Positions 15,933 through 24,594 of a stretch of 64,000 nt of DNA are shown here, piece after piece. The translations under genes were made by a program, and so were the position numbers. The notes under the pieces were generated by a model that saw only the letters and a program-made list of their open reading frames with translations, had not been told where the DNA came from and ran no database searches. The stretch comes from Opitutaceae bacterium (GTDB lineage Bacteria; Verrucomicrobiota; Verrucomicrobiia; Opitutales; Opitutaceae): the NCBI GenBank assembly GCA_014879845.1, contig JACSRI010000092.1, positions 44 through 64,043 of the forward strand. Reading direction: 5' to 3'. Numbering within the stretch: the stretch's first letter is position 1; every line of letters begins with the position of its first letter.

Positions 15933-18422
15933 ATGCGGCGGGATGCGGGGCGGTCGCAAGGCGGGCCGGGACGCGGCTTGCGCCCTCCGGCGGCGTGGTT
16001 TTTCCTGCGCGGGATGGCGCACCGCTCCCCTCCCGGTCCCGGCACCGATGCTCCCTCGGGTGCCGCCGATGCCTGTGCTCGGCGGATCCTTGAGGCGGCC
16101 CTCGACGGCGCCGTCATGTTCGGGCCCGACGAGATCATCCAGGCCTGCAATCCCGCGGCCGTGCGCATCTTCGGGTTTTCCGGGCCGGAAGCCCTGGTCG
16201 GCCGACGGCTCGGCAGCCTCGTGCGCGCGCCGGGCGAATCAGGCGCGAAGACGGTCCGGCCGAAACCGCTCCTGGGTGACGCGGGACCGGCCCGGGTCGG
16301 CGCCCGCACCGAGATGACCGGGGTGCGGGCGCACGGCGTGGAGTTTCCCTGCGAGTTCACCGTCGTGAGACTCGAGAGCGCCGAAGGCGAGGCCTATGGG
16401 GCGTTCGTCCGCGACATCTCCGACCTGCGGCGTGCGGAGGCGGAGTTGCGCAAGACCAGCGCCGACCTCGAGCAGGAGGTCAAGCAGCGCACCGCCGAAC
16501 TCACCCACGCGGTGCGCGCCTTCGAGCGCGCGCAGCGCGTCAGCCAGACCGGCAGCATCGAGCTGGACCTGCTCACGGCCGAGCACACCAAGTGGTCGCA
16601 GGAGATGTATGCGCTGCTTGAATTCGACCCGGCGCACGGCACGCCGACGCTCGAGGCGTTTCTCGGCCGCATCCATCCCGACGACCGCGGGCGCGCGGCG
16701 CATGTCATCGACGAGGCGTGGCGCGGCCGGGGCTGGGAGCCGTATGATTTCCGCGTCGTGCGCAGCGATGGATCGATCCGCTGGATGCGTGGCGCGGCGC
16801 ACTTCTTCACCAGCGCCGTCACCGCGCACCCGATGCTCTCGGCAGCGCTGCAGGACATCACCGAGCGCAAGACCATCGAGCTCGAGCTCGAGCGCCTCAT
16901 GCAGCGCCTCTCGCGCGCGCAGGAGGTCGCCCGCATGGGTTTCGTCGACATCGACCGCCGCCAGCACCGGCGCGAATGGTCGCGCGAGATGTTCGCGCTC
17001 TTCGGGTTCTCGTGGTCGCCCGAGCCACCCTCCGTCGAGGAGATGCTCCAGCGCGTGCATCCCGACGATCGCGACCGCGTCCGCGCGATCATCGACCGCA
17101 GCTACGCGACCGGCGAACTGGCCGGCACGATCGAATACCGCCTCCTCCTGCCCGACGGCACCACGCGCTGGATCCGCAACATCGCCGAGCACGAGAGCGG
17201 AGACAACGACCGGATCATGTCGATCTACCTCGACATCACCGACCTCAAGTTGGCCCAGGAGGCCGAGGCGCACCGCGCCTCCGAGCTCGCGGCCGCCGTG
17301 CGACATCTCGACCGCACCCGGCGCCGGCTCGAGCGCGCGCAGGCGCTCGCGCGCATGGGTGATGCCGAGCGCGACATCGGCACGCGCCATCGCGTCTGGT
17401 CGCGCGAGTTGTTCCTGCTGCACGGGCTCGATCCCGACCGCGAGCCGCCGACGCGCGAGGAGTTTCTCGCCCGGCTCCACCCTGAGGATCACGGCAAGAT
17501 GGCCGAGAGCCTGCGCGAGGCCGACGGCGGCGCGGACATCCCCTCGTTCGAGTACCGCGTCATCCTTCCCTCGGGCGAGACGCGCTGGCTGCGCGTGCAC
17601 TCGCAAACCACCACCGATCCCGAGAGCGGCGTCGTGCGCGTGGCCTCGTCGACCTTCGACATCACCGAGCAGAAGGCGGTCGAGCAGGAGATGCACCGGC
17701 TGCTCGAGCGCGAGCGTGAGCTCGGACGGCTCAAGGCCGACTTCCTGCACATGGTCACGCACGAGTACCGCACGCCGCTGGGCATCATCGTCTCGGCGGC
17801 GGACATCCTCGAGCGCTACCGCGACCGGCTCTCGCCCGATGAATGGCGCGAGCGGATACGCGACATCCGCAGCGGGGCGCTGCGCCTGGCCGGCCTGATG
17901 GAGGAGGTGCTGTTCCTGGGCAAGGCCGAGGCCGGCACCGTGCCGCTGGAGTTGCACCCGATCGATTTCGGCGCGCTCGTGCGCGATGTCGTGCGCGAGG
18001 TCGTCGCGACGTTCGGCTCCGAGCGCGACATCGAGATCTCGGTGCGCGACGTGCCGTCCGGCGCCCAGGCCGACGAGAAGCTGCTGCGCCACATCCTCGG
18101 CAACCTCGTCTCCAACGCCCTGAAATACTCCAAGCTCGACCAACCCGTGCGCGTCTCCGTCGACCTCGAGGGCGGTCATGTCCGTCTGGTCGTGCGCGAC
18201 GAGGGCATCGGCATCCCCGAGGCCGACCAGCCGCGCATCTTCGAGATGTTTCGCCGCGCCTCCAATGTCGGCACGATCTCCGGCACGGGCCTCGGCCTGG
18301 TCGTGGTCAAGCGCTGCGTCGAGCTGCACGGCGGCAGCATAGGATTGCGTAGCGCGCCGGGCCGCGGCACTGAGGTCACGGTTCTCATTCCCATCAACCT
18401 CCCAGCTCCCCCACGGCCATGA
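15933..18422 (+). CDS. Multi-PAS sensor histidine kinase (four PAS modules, HisKA, HATPase_c)
   Basis: Track ORF 15894-18422. I prefer ATG 15933 because it is preceded by AGGAGG with a 7-nt spacer, a rare clear Shine-Dalgarno in this window. Four repeated PAS units each end in RIHPDDR, RVHPDDRDR or RLHPEDHGK. H-box MVTHEYRTPLG; LGNLVSNALKYS; GTGLGLVVVKRCV. Confidence 0.85.
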   Translation: MRRDAGRSQGGPGRGLRPPAAWFFLRGMAHRSPPGPGTDAPSGAADACARRILEAALDGAVMFGPDEIIQACNPAAVRIFGFSGPEALVGRRLGSLVRAPGESGAKTVRPKPLLGDAGPARVGARTEMTGVRAHGVEFPCEFTVVRLESAEGEAYGAFVRDISDLRRAEAELRKTSADLEQEVKQRTAELTHAVRAFERAQRVSQTGSIELDLLTAEHTKWSQEMYALLEFDPAHGTPTLEAFLGRIHPDDRGRAAHVIDEAWRGRGWEPYDFRVVRSDGSIRWMRGAAHFFTSAVTAHPMLSAALQDITERKTIELELERLMQRLSRAQEVARMGFVDIDRRQHRREWSREMFALFGFSWSPEPPSVEEMLQRVHPDDRDRVRAIIDRSYATGELAGTIEYRLLLPDGTTRWIRNIAEHESGDNDRIMSIYLDITDLKLAQEAEAHRASELAAAVRHLDRTRRRLERAQALARMGDAERDIGTRHRVWSRELFLLHGLDPDREPPTREEFLARLHPEDHGKMAESLREADGGADIPSFEYRVILPSGETRWLRVHSQTTTDPESGVVRVASSTFDITEQKAVEQEMHRLLERERELGRLKADFLHMVTHEYRTPLGIIVSAADILERYRDRLSPDEWRERIRDIRSGALRLAGLMEEVLFLGKAEAGTVPLELHPIDFGALVRDVVREVVATFGSERDIEISVRDVPSGAQADEKLLRHILGNLVSNALKYSKLDQPVRVSVDLEGGHVRLVVRDEGIGIPEADQPRIFEMFRRASNVGTISGTGLGLVVVKRCVELHGGSIGLRSAPGRGTEVTVLIPINLPAPPRP

Positions 18423-19048
18423 GCAAGAAGACCCGCATCCTCGTGATTGAAGACGAGTCGCGCATGCGCGCCAACCTCGTGACCATCCTGCGTATGGAGG
18501 GCTTCGAGGCCCTCGACGCGCCTGACGGCGCCGCCGGGATCGACATCGCCAAGCGCCAGCTGCCCGAGCTCATCCTTTGCGACATCTCGATGCCAAAGAT
18601 GGACGGCCACGCCGTGCTCGCCGCGCTCCGCGCCGAGCCCGCGACCGCGCGCATCCCGTTCATCTATCTCACCGCCCGCGGCGACAAGGGCGACGTGCGC
18701 AGCGGCATGAACCTCGGCGCCGACGACTACCTCGTGAAGCCCGTCGAGATCGACGAACTGCTCTCCGCCATCCAGGCGCGCCTCGAGCGCCGGCAGCAGT
18801 TCACCCCGGGCGCCACGCCGCGGGCCGAGCCGACCCCGGCCATGCTCCTCTCGCTCGGCCTGACCGAACGCGAGGCCGAGGTCCTGTTCTGGGCCGCCCA
18901 GGGCAAGACCAATCCTGAACTCTGCGTGCTCCTCGACCTGCAGCTCACGACCGTGAAGAAGCACCTCGCCAGCATCTTCCAGAAGCTCGGGGTGGAAAAT
19001 CGCACCTCCGCGGCCGCGATGGCGCTGGAGAAGTTCAACGCCTCCTGA
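18419..19048 (+). CDS. NarL/FixJ-family response regulator (receiver plus LuxR-type HTH)
   Basis: 209 aa with a 4-nt overlap on the kinase stop. ILVIEDESRMR...LILCDISMPKMDGH...DDYLVKP. C-terminal LTEREAEVLFWAAQGKTNPELCVLLDLQLTTVKKHLASIFQKLGV. Confidence 0.9.
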   Translation: MSKKTRILVIEDESRMRANLVTILRMEGFEALDAPDGAAGIDIAKRQLPELILCDISMPKMDGHAVLAALRAEPATARIPFIYLTARGDKGDVRSGMNLGADDYLVKPVEIDELLSAIQARLERRQQFTPGATPRAEPTPAMLLSLGLTEREAEVLFWAAQGKTNPELCVLLDLQLTTVKKHLASIFQKLGVENRTSAAAMALEKFNAS

Positions 19049-19258
19049 GGGCGGTCGACCGGGAGCAGAAGCCGGGGAGAGCAGGGCAAACCGGTCGGCG
19101 ACTCAGGCGCTGCGTGCGCCTGCCTGCCTCCGCGCGACTCTCGTCGTCGCCGCCCCCCACAGGGTGCCCTCTGGGCCGATCGGCCCGGGTCCGGCGGACC
19201 ATGGAGAAGCGGCGGATTCTGGCGTATCTTAAGGGGAACAACGATCCCCCTTCCGGCC

Positions 19259-19498
19259 ATGAACGCCCCCGCAGTCTTCCTCGGAATCCAACCTGGGTTT
19301 CTCCATCTCCCGCCGATCGAGCTGTTTAACCTGCTGGCGCCGGTCGGTGAGTATCCGATCGGGTCCACCGTTTCGCGCCAGACGCTGGAGAGCCACGGGT
19401 ACCGCGTCGATTTCGTGCAGCCCGAGCCCGTCCGGCGTCGCCTCAAACGTGCGGTCGCCCTCGTGTCCCGCGTCGAATCCCCGGCCCGCGCCGCCTAA
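19259..19498 (+). CDS. Hypothetical small protein (79 aa)
   Basis: I read the codons by hand. The third position is G or C in the large majority of codons, as in the real genes here. The TAA stop lies 5 nt before the next ATG. No recognisable family. Confidence 0.4.
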   Translation: MNAPAVFLGIQPGFLHLPPIELFNLLAPVGEYPIGSTVSRQTLESHGYRVDFVQPEPVRRRLKRAVALVSRVESPARAA

Positions 19499-19503
19499 CC
19501 CTT

Positions 19504-19974
19504 ATGCACCTTTTCGCCATGGCCTCGCCCGAAAACTCGACCCTCATCGAAGCCCCCGCCTCCAACGCCGTGGCCGCCTATGAGACGCTTGGTTACGTCG
19601 AGGCGCATGACGACGTGCTCGACCTCGACTACGCCTTCGTCGCCTACAAGGAGACGTCGCGGGCGACCGGCGAGTGGCGCGTGCGTATCCGCTCCTCGCG
19701 CACGGGGGGTGCCGTGCTCGAGCCGCTCCTCATGGCCTACAACGCCCGCGTGGCCTGGGGCGAGGGCCGCACGTGGTTCAGCTGGGGCTACACGCTCGAG
19801 CCGCAGGCCGGCGACCCGCGGTTGATCCAGTTCCGCGTCTACGTGCGCGACGGCCAGCCCACCGAGGTGGAGATGCTGGTGCGCCTGCGCCGCGCCGATC
19901 ATTCGGCGGGCGAGATGCGCACCGCCCGCTTCGCCTGGCCGCACGAGGAGTCCGCCGGCTCGCGCGCGGCCTGA
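19504..19974 (+). CDS. Hypothetical protein (156 aa), beta-rich, no recognised family
   Basis: Clean ORF with gene-like composition: MHLFAMASPENSTLIEAP...WRVRIRSSRTGGAVLEPLLMAYNARVAWGEGRTWFSWGYTLEPQ... It sits immediately after the 79-aa ORF. Confidence 0.55.
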   Translation: MHLFAMASPENSTLIEAPASNAVAAYETLGYVEAHDDVLDLDYAFVAYKETSRATGEWRVRIRSSRTGGAVLEPLLMAYNARVAWGEGRTWFSWGYTLEPQAGDPRLIQFRVYVRDGQPTEVEMLVRLRRADHSAGEMRTARFAWPHEESAGSRAA

Positions 19975-20211
19975 TCAGGCGCCGAGTCGCGCGAGCCTGC
20001 CGCGGTCAGCGGCGCTCGTCGGGCAGGGAGGCTTCCGCAGGGACGCATCGACCTGCGCATGGGCGCGCGTTTTTCGCCCGACGACCGCCGCCGGGCAGGA
20101 GCCCGGTCCTCCATTTCTGACCAGACGCGGGGGCCGATGCGAGGTTCGATGGCACGCCCCAGGACGTCGCGGCCTGGGCGATGAGTGCGATAAAGGGGCC
20201 GCGCGGTCCCT

Positions 20212-22692
20212 CTACTCCACCGTCCACTCCAGCAGGCCCACGGCCGCGCCATCCTGCGGTGTCAGCTCGAGCCGCAGCGCGGCGGTGGTGACCGGCGTGA
20301 AGGTGATGCGGTTGAAGGTGTCCAGCGCGATGCCGGGCGTGTCCTTTGTCTGCACGGGCTTCCACGCGTCGCCGTCGCGGTAGAGCACCCGCCACGACTT
20401 GGGCGGAAGGTCGCGAGCCCACGGATACGGCGAGTCGAACCAGTAGGCCGCGGCCTTTGAGACGCGCGTCGGTTTGGCGAAAGTGTACTCGATCCAGGCG
20501 GCCGCCGCGCCCCCGGCGGTGCTCACGCGCGTGAACTTGTGCGACTCGTCCCGCGAGTTCGCGACCGGCGCTTGGTCCTGGGCGGCGCGGAGCGTCTCGC
20601 CGCCGGAAGCGGCGACCTTGCTCGTCGAGGCGATCGTCGGCGCCGGGCGCACCCACGTGGTGGCGCGGTCGCGCGGAATCCAGACCAGCATTTCGGCCGG
20701 GCCGCGGTTGGCCCAGGTCGCATAGGGGATCGCGGTGAACGCACCATCCTCGCGCTGCACCCCGCCCGAAGCCGAGCGGCGCGCGCGCGTGACCTTGCCC
20801 GAGATCGTGACCACGCCGCCGAGCAGGTCCGGGCGGAATGCCGCGGTGAGCGGTGCGTCGTCGGCCAGCATGGTGTTCAGCACCTCGCCGCCGGGGTTGT
20901 CGGGACCCTCGAGGGCGAAGATGATCGGGCCCCGCTGCAGCGCCACCCGACGGCGGTCGGCCTCGACCTCCGGACGGGCCGCCACGCGGCGCACGGGCAT
21001 GGGCAGTTCGAGGGTGACCACGTCGCCGGCTTTCCAAGCCCGGCGCACGGTGGCGAAACCCTTGTCGACCACGAGCGGCACGGTCTCGCCGTTGACGGAG
21101 ATCGTCGCTGCGTCGTGGTTTTCATCGGCGAATTGGTAGAGCCCGCCCGGCACGACCTCGCCGCGCGCCCAGCCGGGGATGCGCAGGGCGAGCGTGAACT
21201 CTCCGGAGCCCTCGGCCGGCGGAGTCAGTGTGAACTTCACCGCGCCCTCCCAGGGGTAGCGCGTCTCCTGCGTGAGCTGGATGACGCGCCCGTCCTCCAG
21301 GCGCACGCTGCCCGTGCCCGCGGCATAGAGATTGGCGAAGACCGTGTCCCCGCGCATCGCATACACGTAGCCGGGCACGGACGCGAGGAAGCGCGTGATG
21401 TTGCCCGGGCAGCAGGCGCAGCCGAACCACGCGCTGCGCTCATACTCGCCGAACGACTCGAGGGGATTCGGGTAGAAAAAGCCCTTGCCGTCGAGCGAGA
21501 CGCCGGAAAGCACGCCGTTGTAGAGCGTGCGCTCGAGCACGTCGACGAAGCGCGCGTCGCCGGTGAGCAGGAACATGCGATGGTTCCAGTAGTCGTTGCC
21601 GATGGCGGCGCAGGTCTCGTTGTAGGCTGTGAGATTCGGCAGCTCGTAGGGCTCGCCGAAGGCCTCGCCGGCGTGGCGCGCGCCGATGCCGCCGGTGATG
21701 TGCAGTTTGGTCGAGACGACGTCGCGCCAGATGGCGGTGAGCGCCTGGAGGTAGTCCGCGTCGCCGGTCAACGCGGCCACGTCGGCCATGCCCGCATACA
21801 TGTAGGTCGCGCGCACCGCGTGGCCCATGGCGGTGGTCTGGTCGACGACCCGTGCCTTCGACTGGTTGTACTCGCTGCCGGCGCGCGGCAGGTCGCCGGG
21901 GCCTCGTGCGTCGAGCATGAACTTCGCGAGCTTGAAATAGCGCACGTCACCGGTGATCCGATACAGTTTTACCAGTCCCATCTCGACGATCTGGTGGCCG
22001 GGCCAGATCGTGCGCTTGTCGGGGCCGAACGTCTGGTCGAGCAGGTCGGCGGTCTTGATCGCGATGTCGAGGAGCGAGCGCTTGCCGGTCGCCTGGTAGT
22101 GGGCGACGGCCGCCTCGTAGAGATGGCCGAGATTGTAGAGTTCATGGCTGAGGTCGGTCTCCAGCACCCAGCGCTCTTTGCCCGCCCAGGGATGCGGCGC
22201 ATCCGGCGCGAGTGTGCGGGCGGGATACAGGTAACCATCCGGCTCCTGGGCCGCGGCGATCTTCGCGATCAGGCTGTCGATGTAGGCGTCGAGCGCGGGA
22301 TCGGGCTGCACGGTGAGGCAGTACGACGCGCCCTCGATGATCTTGTAGATGTCGGTGTCGTCGAAGGGAAATCCCGGCGGCGTCTTGTCGGCCACCTCCT
22401 CGCCGCGCAACGCGGCGGCGGCGCGCTCGAAGTTCCACACGCGGCCGGTCTCCTCGCATTTCTTGAAGGCGAACGGAATCGTGACCGTGCGGTTGGTCTC
22501 GATACGCGGGCTCCAGAATACGTCGTGCAAGTGCACGGCGGTGAAGGGCACGGGCTTGACCGGATAGTCGTCGATCGCGGTCTTCTCCGTGATCGCGGCG
22601 ACGAAGGCCGGTGACTCGTCGGCGGCGAAGGTGGCGGCCAGCAGGGTCGAGAGCGCGGTGAGGATCGCGAAGGGGCGCACGAGGGTGGTCAT
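20212..22692 (-). CDS. Glycoside hydrolase family 127 (beta-L-arabinofuranosidase / DUF1680-like) with a C-terminal discoidin-like domain
   Basis: From internal ATG 22692 (MTTLVRPFAILTALSTLLAATFA signal). HELYNLGHLYEAAVAHYQATGK, GHQIVEMGLVKLYRITGD, the NETCA motif, and the Cys cluster WFGCACCPGNITRF typical of GH127. Confidence 0.85.
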   Translation of the reverse strand: MTTLVRPFAILTALSTLLAATFAADESPAFVAAITEKTAIDDYPVKPVPFTAVHLHDVFWSPRIETNRTVTIPFAFKKCEETGRVWNFERAAAALRGEEVADKTPPGFPFDDTDIYKIIEGASYCLTVQPDPALDAYIDSLIAKIAAAQEPDGYLYPARTLAPDAPHPWAGKERWVLETDLSHELYNLGHLYEAAVAHYQATGKRSLLDIAIKTADLLDQTFGPDKRTIWPGHQIVEMGLVKLYRITGDVRYFKLAKFMLDARGPGDLPRAGSEYNQSKARVVDQTTAMGHAVRATYMYAGMADVAALTGDADYLQALTAIWRDVVSTKLHITGGIGARHAGEAFGEPYELPNLTAYNETCAAIGNDYWNHRMFLLTGDARFVDVLERTLYNGVLSGVSLDGKGFFYPNPLESFGEYERSAWFGCACCPGNITRFLASVPGYVYAMRGDTVFANLYAAGTGSVRLEDGRVIQLTQETRYPWEGAVKFTLTPPAEGSGEFTLALRIPGWARGEVVPGGLYQFADENHDAATISVNGETVPLVVDKGFATVRRAWKAGDVVTLELPMPVRRVAARPEVEADRRRVALQRGPIIFALEGPDNPGGEVLNTMLADDAPLTAAFRPDLLGGVVTISGKVTRARRSASGGVQREDGAFTAIPYATWANRGPAEMLVWIPRDRATTWVRPAPTIASTSKVAASGGETLRAAQDQAPVANSRDESHKFTRVSTAGGAAAAWIEYTFAKPTRVSKAAAYWFDSPYPWARDLPPKSWRVLYRDGDAWKPVQTKDTPGIALDTFNRITFTPVTTAALRLELTPQDGAAVGLLEWTVE

Positions 22693-22761
22693 CGGGGTGT
22701 GGGTGAGATGAGACGGTGGAGTTTTGTGGACGCGCAAGCGGCCGCAATGGCCAAGCTGCAC

Positions 22762-23088
22762 CTACGCCCGGCGCCGGCTGTAGAGCCACCAGCGAGCCTT
22801 GGTGGACCGGCGCGAGGCGGGCTGGCGCTCGAAGTAGAGCTTCATGATCGAGCCGTCGTCCACTTCCACCTCGAGCCAGTGCCGGTGCAAGTAGAGCTCG
22901 CCGCTGCCGTGCGTCCGGTCGGCGCCATAGCCCTTGTGCCGGGCGAGCACGCGCGTGACGGCGTAGCTCGTTCCCCGCCAGGAAAACCGCAGCGGGATCG
23001 CCGGTTCGCCGAGCGCGGCGGTCGACGCATCCAGCGCCGCCGGGTCGGGCGTGACGCTTTCGCTGATGAACTCCTCGTTCGCGGACAT
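22762..23088 (-). CDS. Small conserved hypothetical protein (108 aa)
   Basis: ...IPLRFSWRGTSYAVTRVLARHKGYG...LYLHRHWLEVEVDDGSIMKLYFERQPASRRSTKARWWLYS. It resembles a widespread ~100-aa family of unknown function that I cannot name confidently. It sits 9 nt after the upstream gene. Confidence 0.6.
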   Translation of the reverse strand: MSANEEFISESVTPDPAALDASTAALGEPAIPLRFSWRGTSYAVTRVLARHKGYGADRTHGSGELYLHRHWLEVEVDDGSIMKLYFERQPASRRSTKARWWLYSRRRA

Positions 23089-23097
23089 GACTGCGTG

Positions 23098-24594
23098 TCA
23101 GGGAACCGCCGCCGGCTCGAGCCGCCACACACCGAAGTCCCCGAAGCGCCGCACCTCGCACCACGCACCCGGCAGGCGTTGCGGCAGCGTGCGCTCATCG
23201 TCGTCGCGCGCGACGATGGCGTAGACCGGACGCCCGGCATCGCGCGCCGCGCGGTCGAGGGCGGCGAACCGCCCGGGCTTGAGCACGTCGGAGCGCAGGA
23301 TGGCGCGGTCGGTGTAGAAGTAGAACGAGCAACTGGGATACAGCGTGAGCACGATCGCCTCGCGCGGCAGCGTCGTATCCACCCAGCTGGGAATCTCACG
23401 ATAGACCACGGCGTGATCCTTCATCCCCGCGAGGCGCCCAGCCCGGCTGTGATGCCACGCCGCCGCGAAGCAGAGCCCGGCGAGCAGCGCCACAGTGGCG
23501 ACGCGCGCGGGCGCCCGGCGCGAATGCCGCACGCGATCCGCGACCGCTTCGAGCGCGAGCGCGGCGAGTGCGAGGAGCGCGGGAAACATCGGCACGATAA
23601 AACGCAGGTACCACCGGTGCTCGTGCGTCGGCGGGTAGAACGCGTAGAACCCTCCGTACGCGACGACCCAGAGCACGAGCGCCGCGAGTTCGCGGGCACG
23701 CGTCCGCCAGGGCCACCACGGCGCCAGCACCACGGCCGGCACGGCGAGCGGGAGAAAGGCGGGCCCCCAGGTGAGGTACTTGTGCAGCGACGGCGCGACG
23801 TGCTCCGGACCAAACATGCCCCAGACCGAGCCATAACCGGTCACGAGGACGCTGCCATAGAGCGCGTGGTGGTACCAGCCGAGAAACACGGCGCCGGGCA
23901 AGCCGCCGAGAAACGCCGCGACGAGCAGGCGCGTGCGTCCGAGGAACAGAGCCACGATGGGCGCCATGAGCAGGTTCGACGGCCGGATCAGCACGGTGAG
24001 CGCGAGCGCGGCGCCTGCGGCCAGGCCCCAGCGCGAGCCTTCGGTGCGGCGTGCGCGCAGCGCGCACCAGGCGGCTGCGGCATTGCAGCAGGCCGAGGCG
24101 GTATCGCTCATCGGCTGCAGCGTGGTGACGAGCACGAGCGGGCACACCGCCAGCGACGCCGCCGCGAGGGCCGCGAGGTCGCGCCCGACGCCGAGCTCGC
24201 GTACGAGCAGGAACGTGAAGAGGACGGCGCCGCAGGCCAGGAGCGTGGCCACGAGGACCGGCCCGAGCGTCCATCCGGCCACGGGGGCCGCGGCCGCGTA
24301 GAGCAACGGCAGGCCGATCGGGTAGGTCGGGATGAGCGCGCCGAGGCGCTCGGAGTAGATCATCCCGAGCGGGGTGTATTCAAAAATATCGTCCGGCGGA
24401 AACTCCGGCAGCGTGCGCAGCGGCGTGGAAAGTCGGCCCTCGGTCAGCAGTTTCGCGCTCAGGAGATAGCCGGCCGGATCCGAGCCCGCCGCGACGGGCG
24501 AGGTATGCGCGCCCACCCACGCGGCGTAGGCGAGGAGGGCGAGGCCGGCGAACAGAGAGAAGAGGTGTCGATCGATGCGGCGGGTGGACGTCAC
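23098..24594 (-). CDS. GT-C-fold membrane glycosyltransferase-like protein (ArnT/PMT family 39-like), paralog A
   Basis: 498 aa with about 11 TM helices. The first loop is GSDPAGYLLSAKLLTEGRL...TYPIGLPLL. A soluble C-terminal tail follows. It is clearly paralogous to 31757-33295. Confidence 0.65.
   Translation of the reverse strand: MTSTRRIDRHLFSLFAGLALLAYAAWVGAHTSPVAAGSDPAGYLLSAKLLTEGRLSTPLRTLPEFPPDDIFEYTPLGMIYSERLGALIPTYPIGLPLLYAAAAPVAGWTLGPVLVATLLACGAVLFTFLLVRELGVGRDLAALAAASLAVCPLVLVTTLQPMSDTASACCNAAAAWCALRARRTEGSRWGLAAGAALALTVLIRPSNLLMAPIVALFLGRTRLLVAAFLGGLPGAVFLGWYHHALYGSVLVTGYGSVWGMFGPEHVAPSLHKYLTWGPAFLPLAVPAVVLAPWWPWRTRARELAALVLWVVAYGGFYAFYPPTHEHRWYLRFIVPMFPALLALAALALEAVADRVRHSRRAPARVATVALLAGLCFAAAWHHSRAGRLAGMKDHAVVYREIPSWVDTTLPREAIVLTLYPSCSFYFYTDRAILRSDVLKPGRFAALDRAARDAGRPVYAIVARDDDERTLPQRLPGAWCEVRRFGDFGVWRLEPAAVP

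Noticed and set aside
16239-18329. A 696-aa minus ORF opposite the PAS kinase. Likewise 20539-22614 (+), 27869-29446 (-) and 57309-59162 (+), opposite GH127, the GPH transporter and the TolC-like gene.
   Set aside because: Same antisense low-complexity signature. The opposite strands have clear family motifs.
19259-19974. Calling the 79-aa / 156-aa pair a toxin-antitoxin module.
   Set aside because: Only the size and the tight spacing fit. Neither sequence shows a recognisable toxin or antitoxin fold or an HTH/RHH motif, so I kept them as unassigned hypothetical genes.
22733-22756. A sigma-54-like sequence (minus strand TTGGCCATTGCGGCCGCTTGCG) upstream of GH127.
   Set aside because: The GG-to-GC spacing is 7 or 17 nt instead of the required 12, so it does not fit a -24/-12 promoter.
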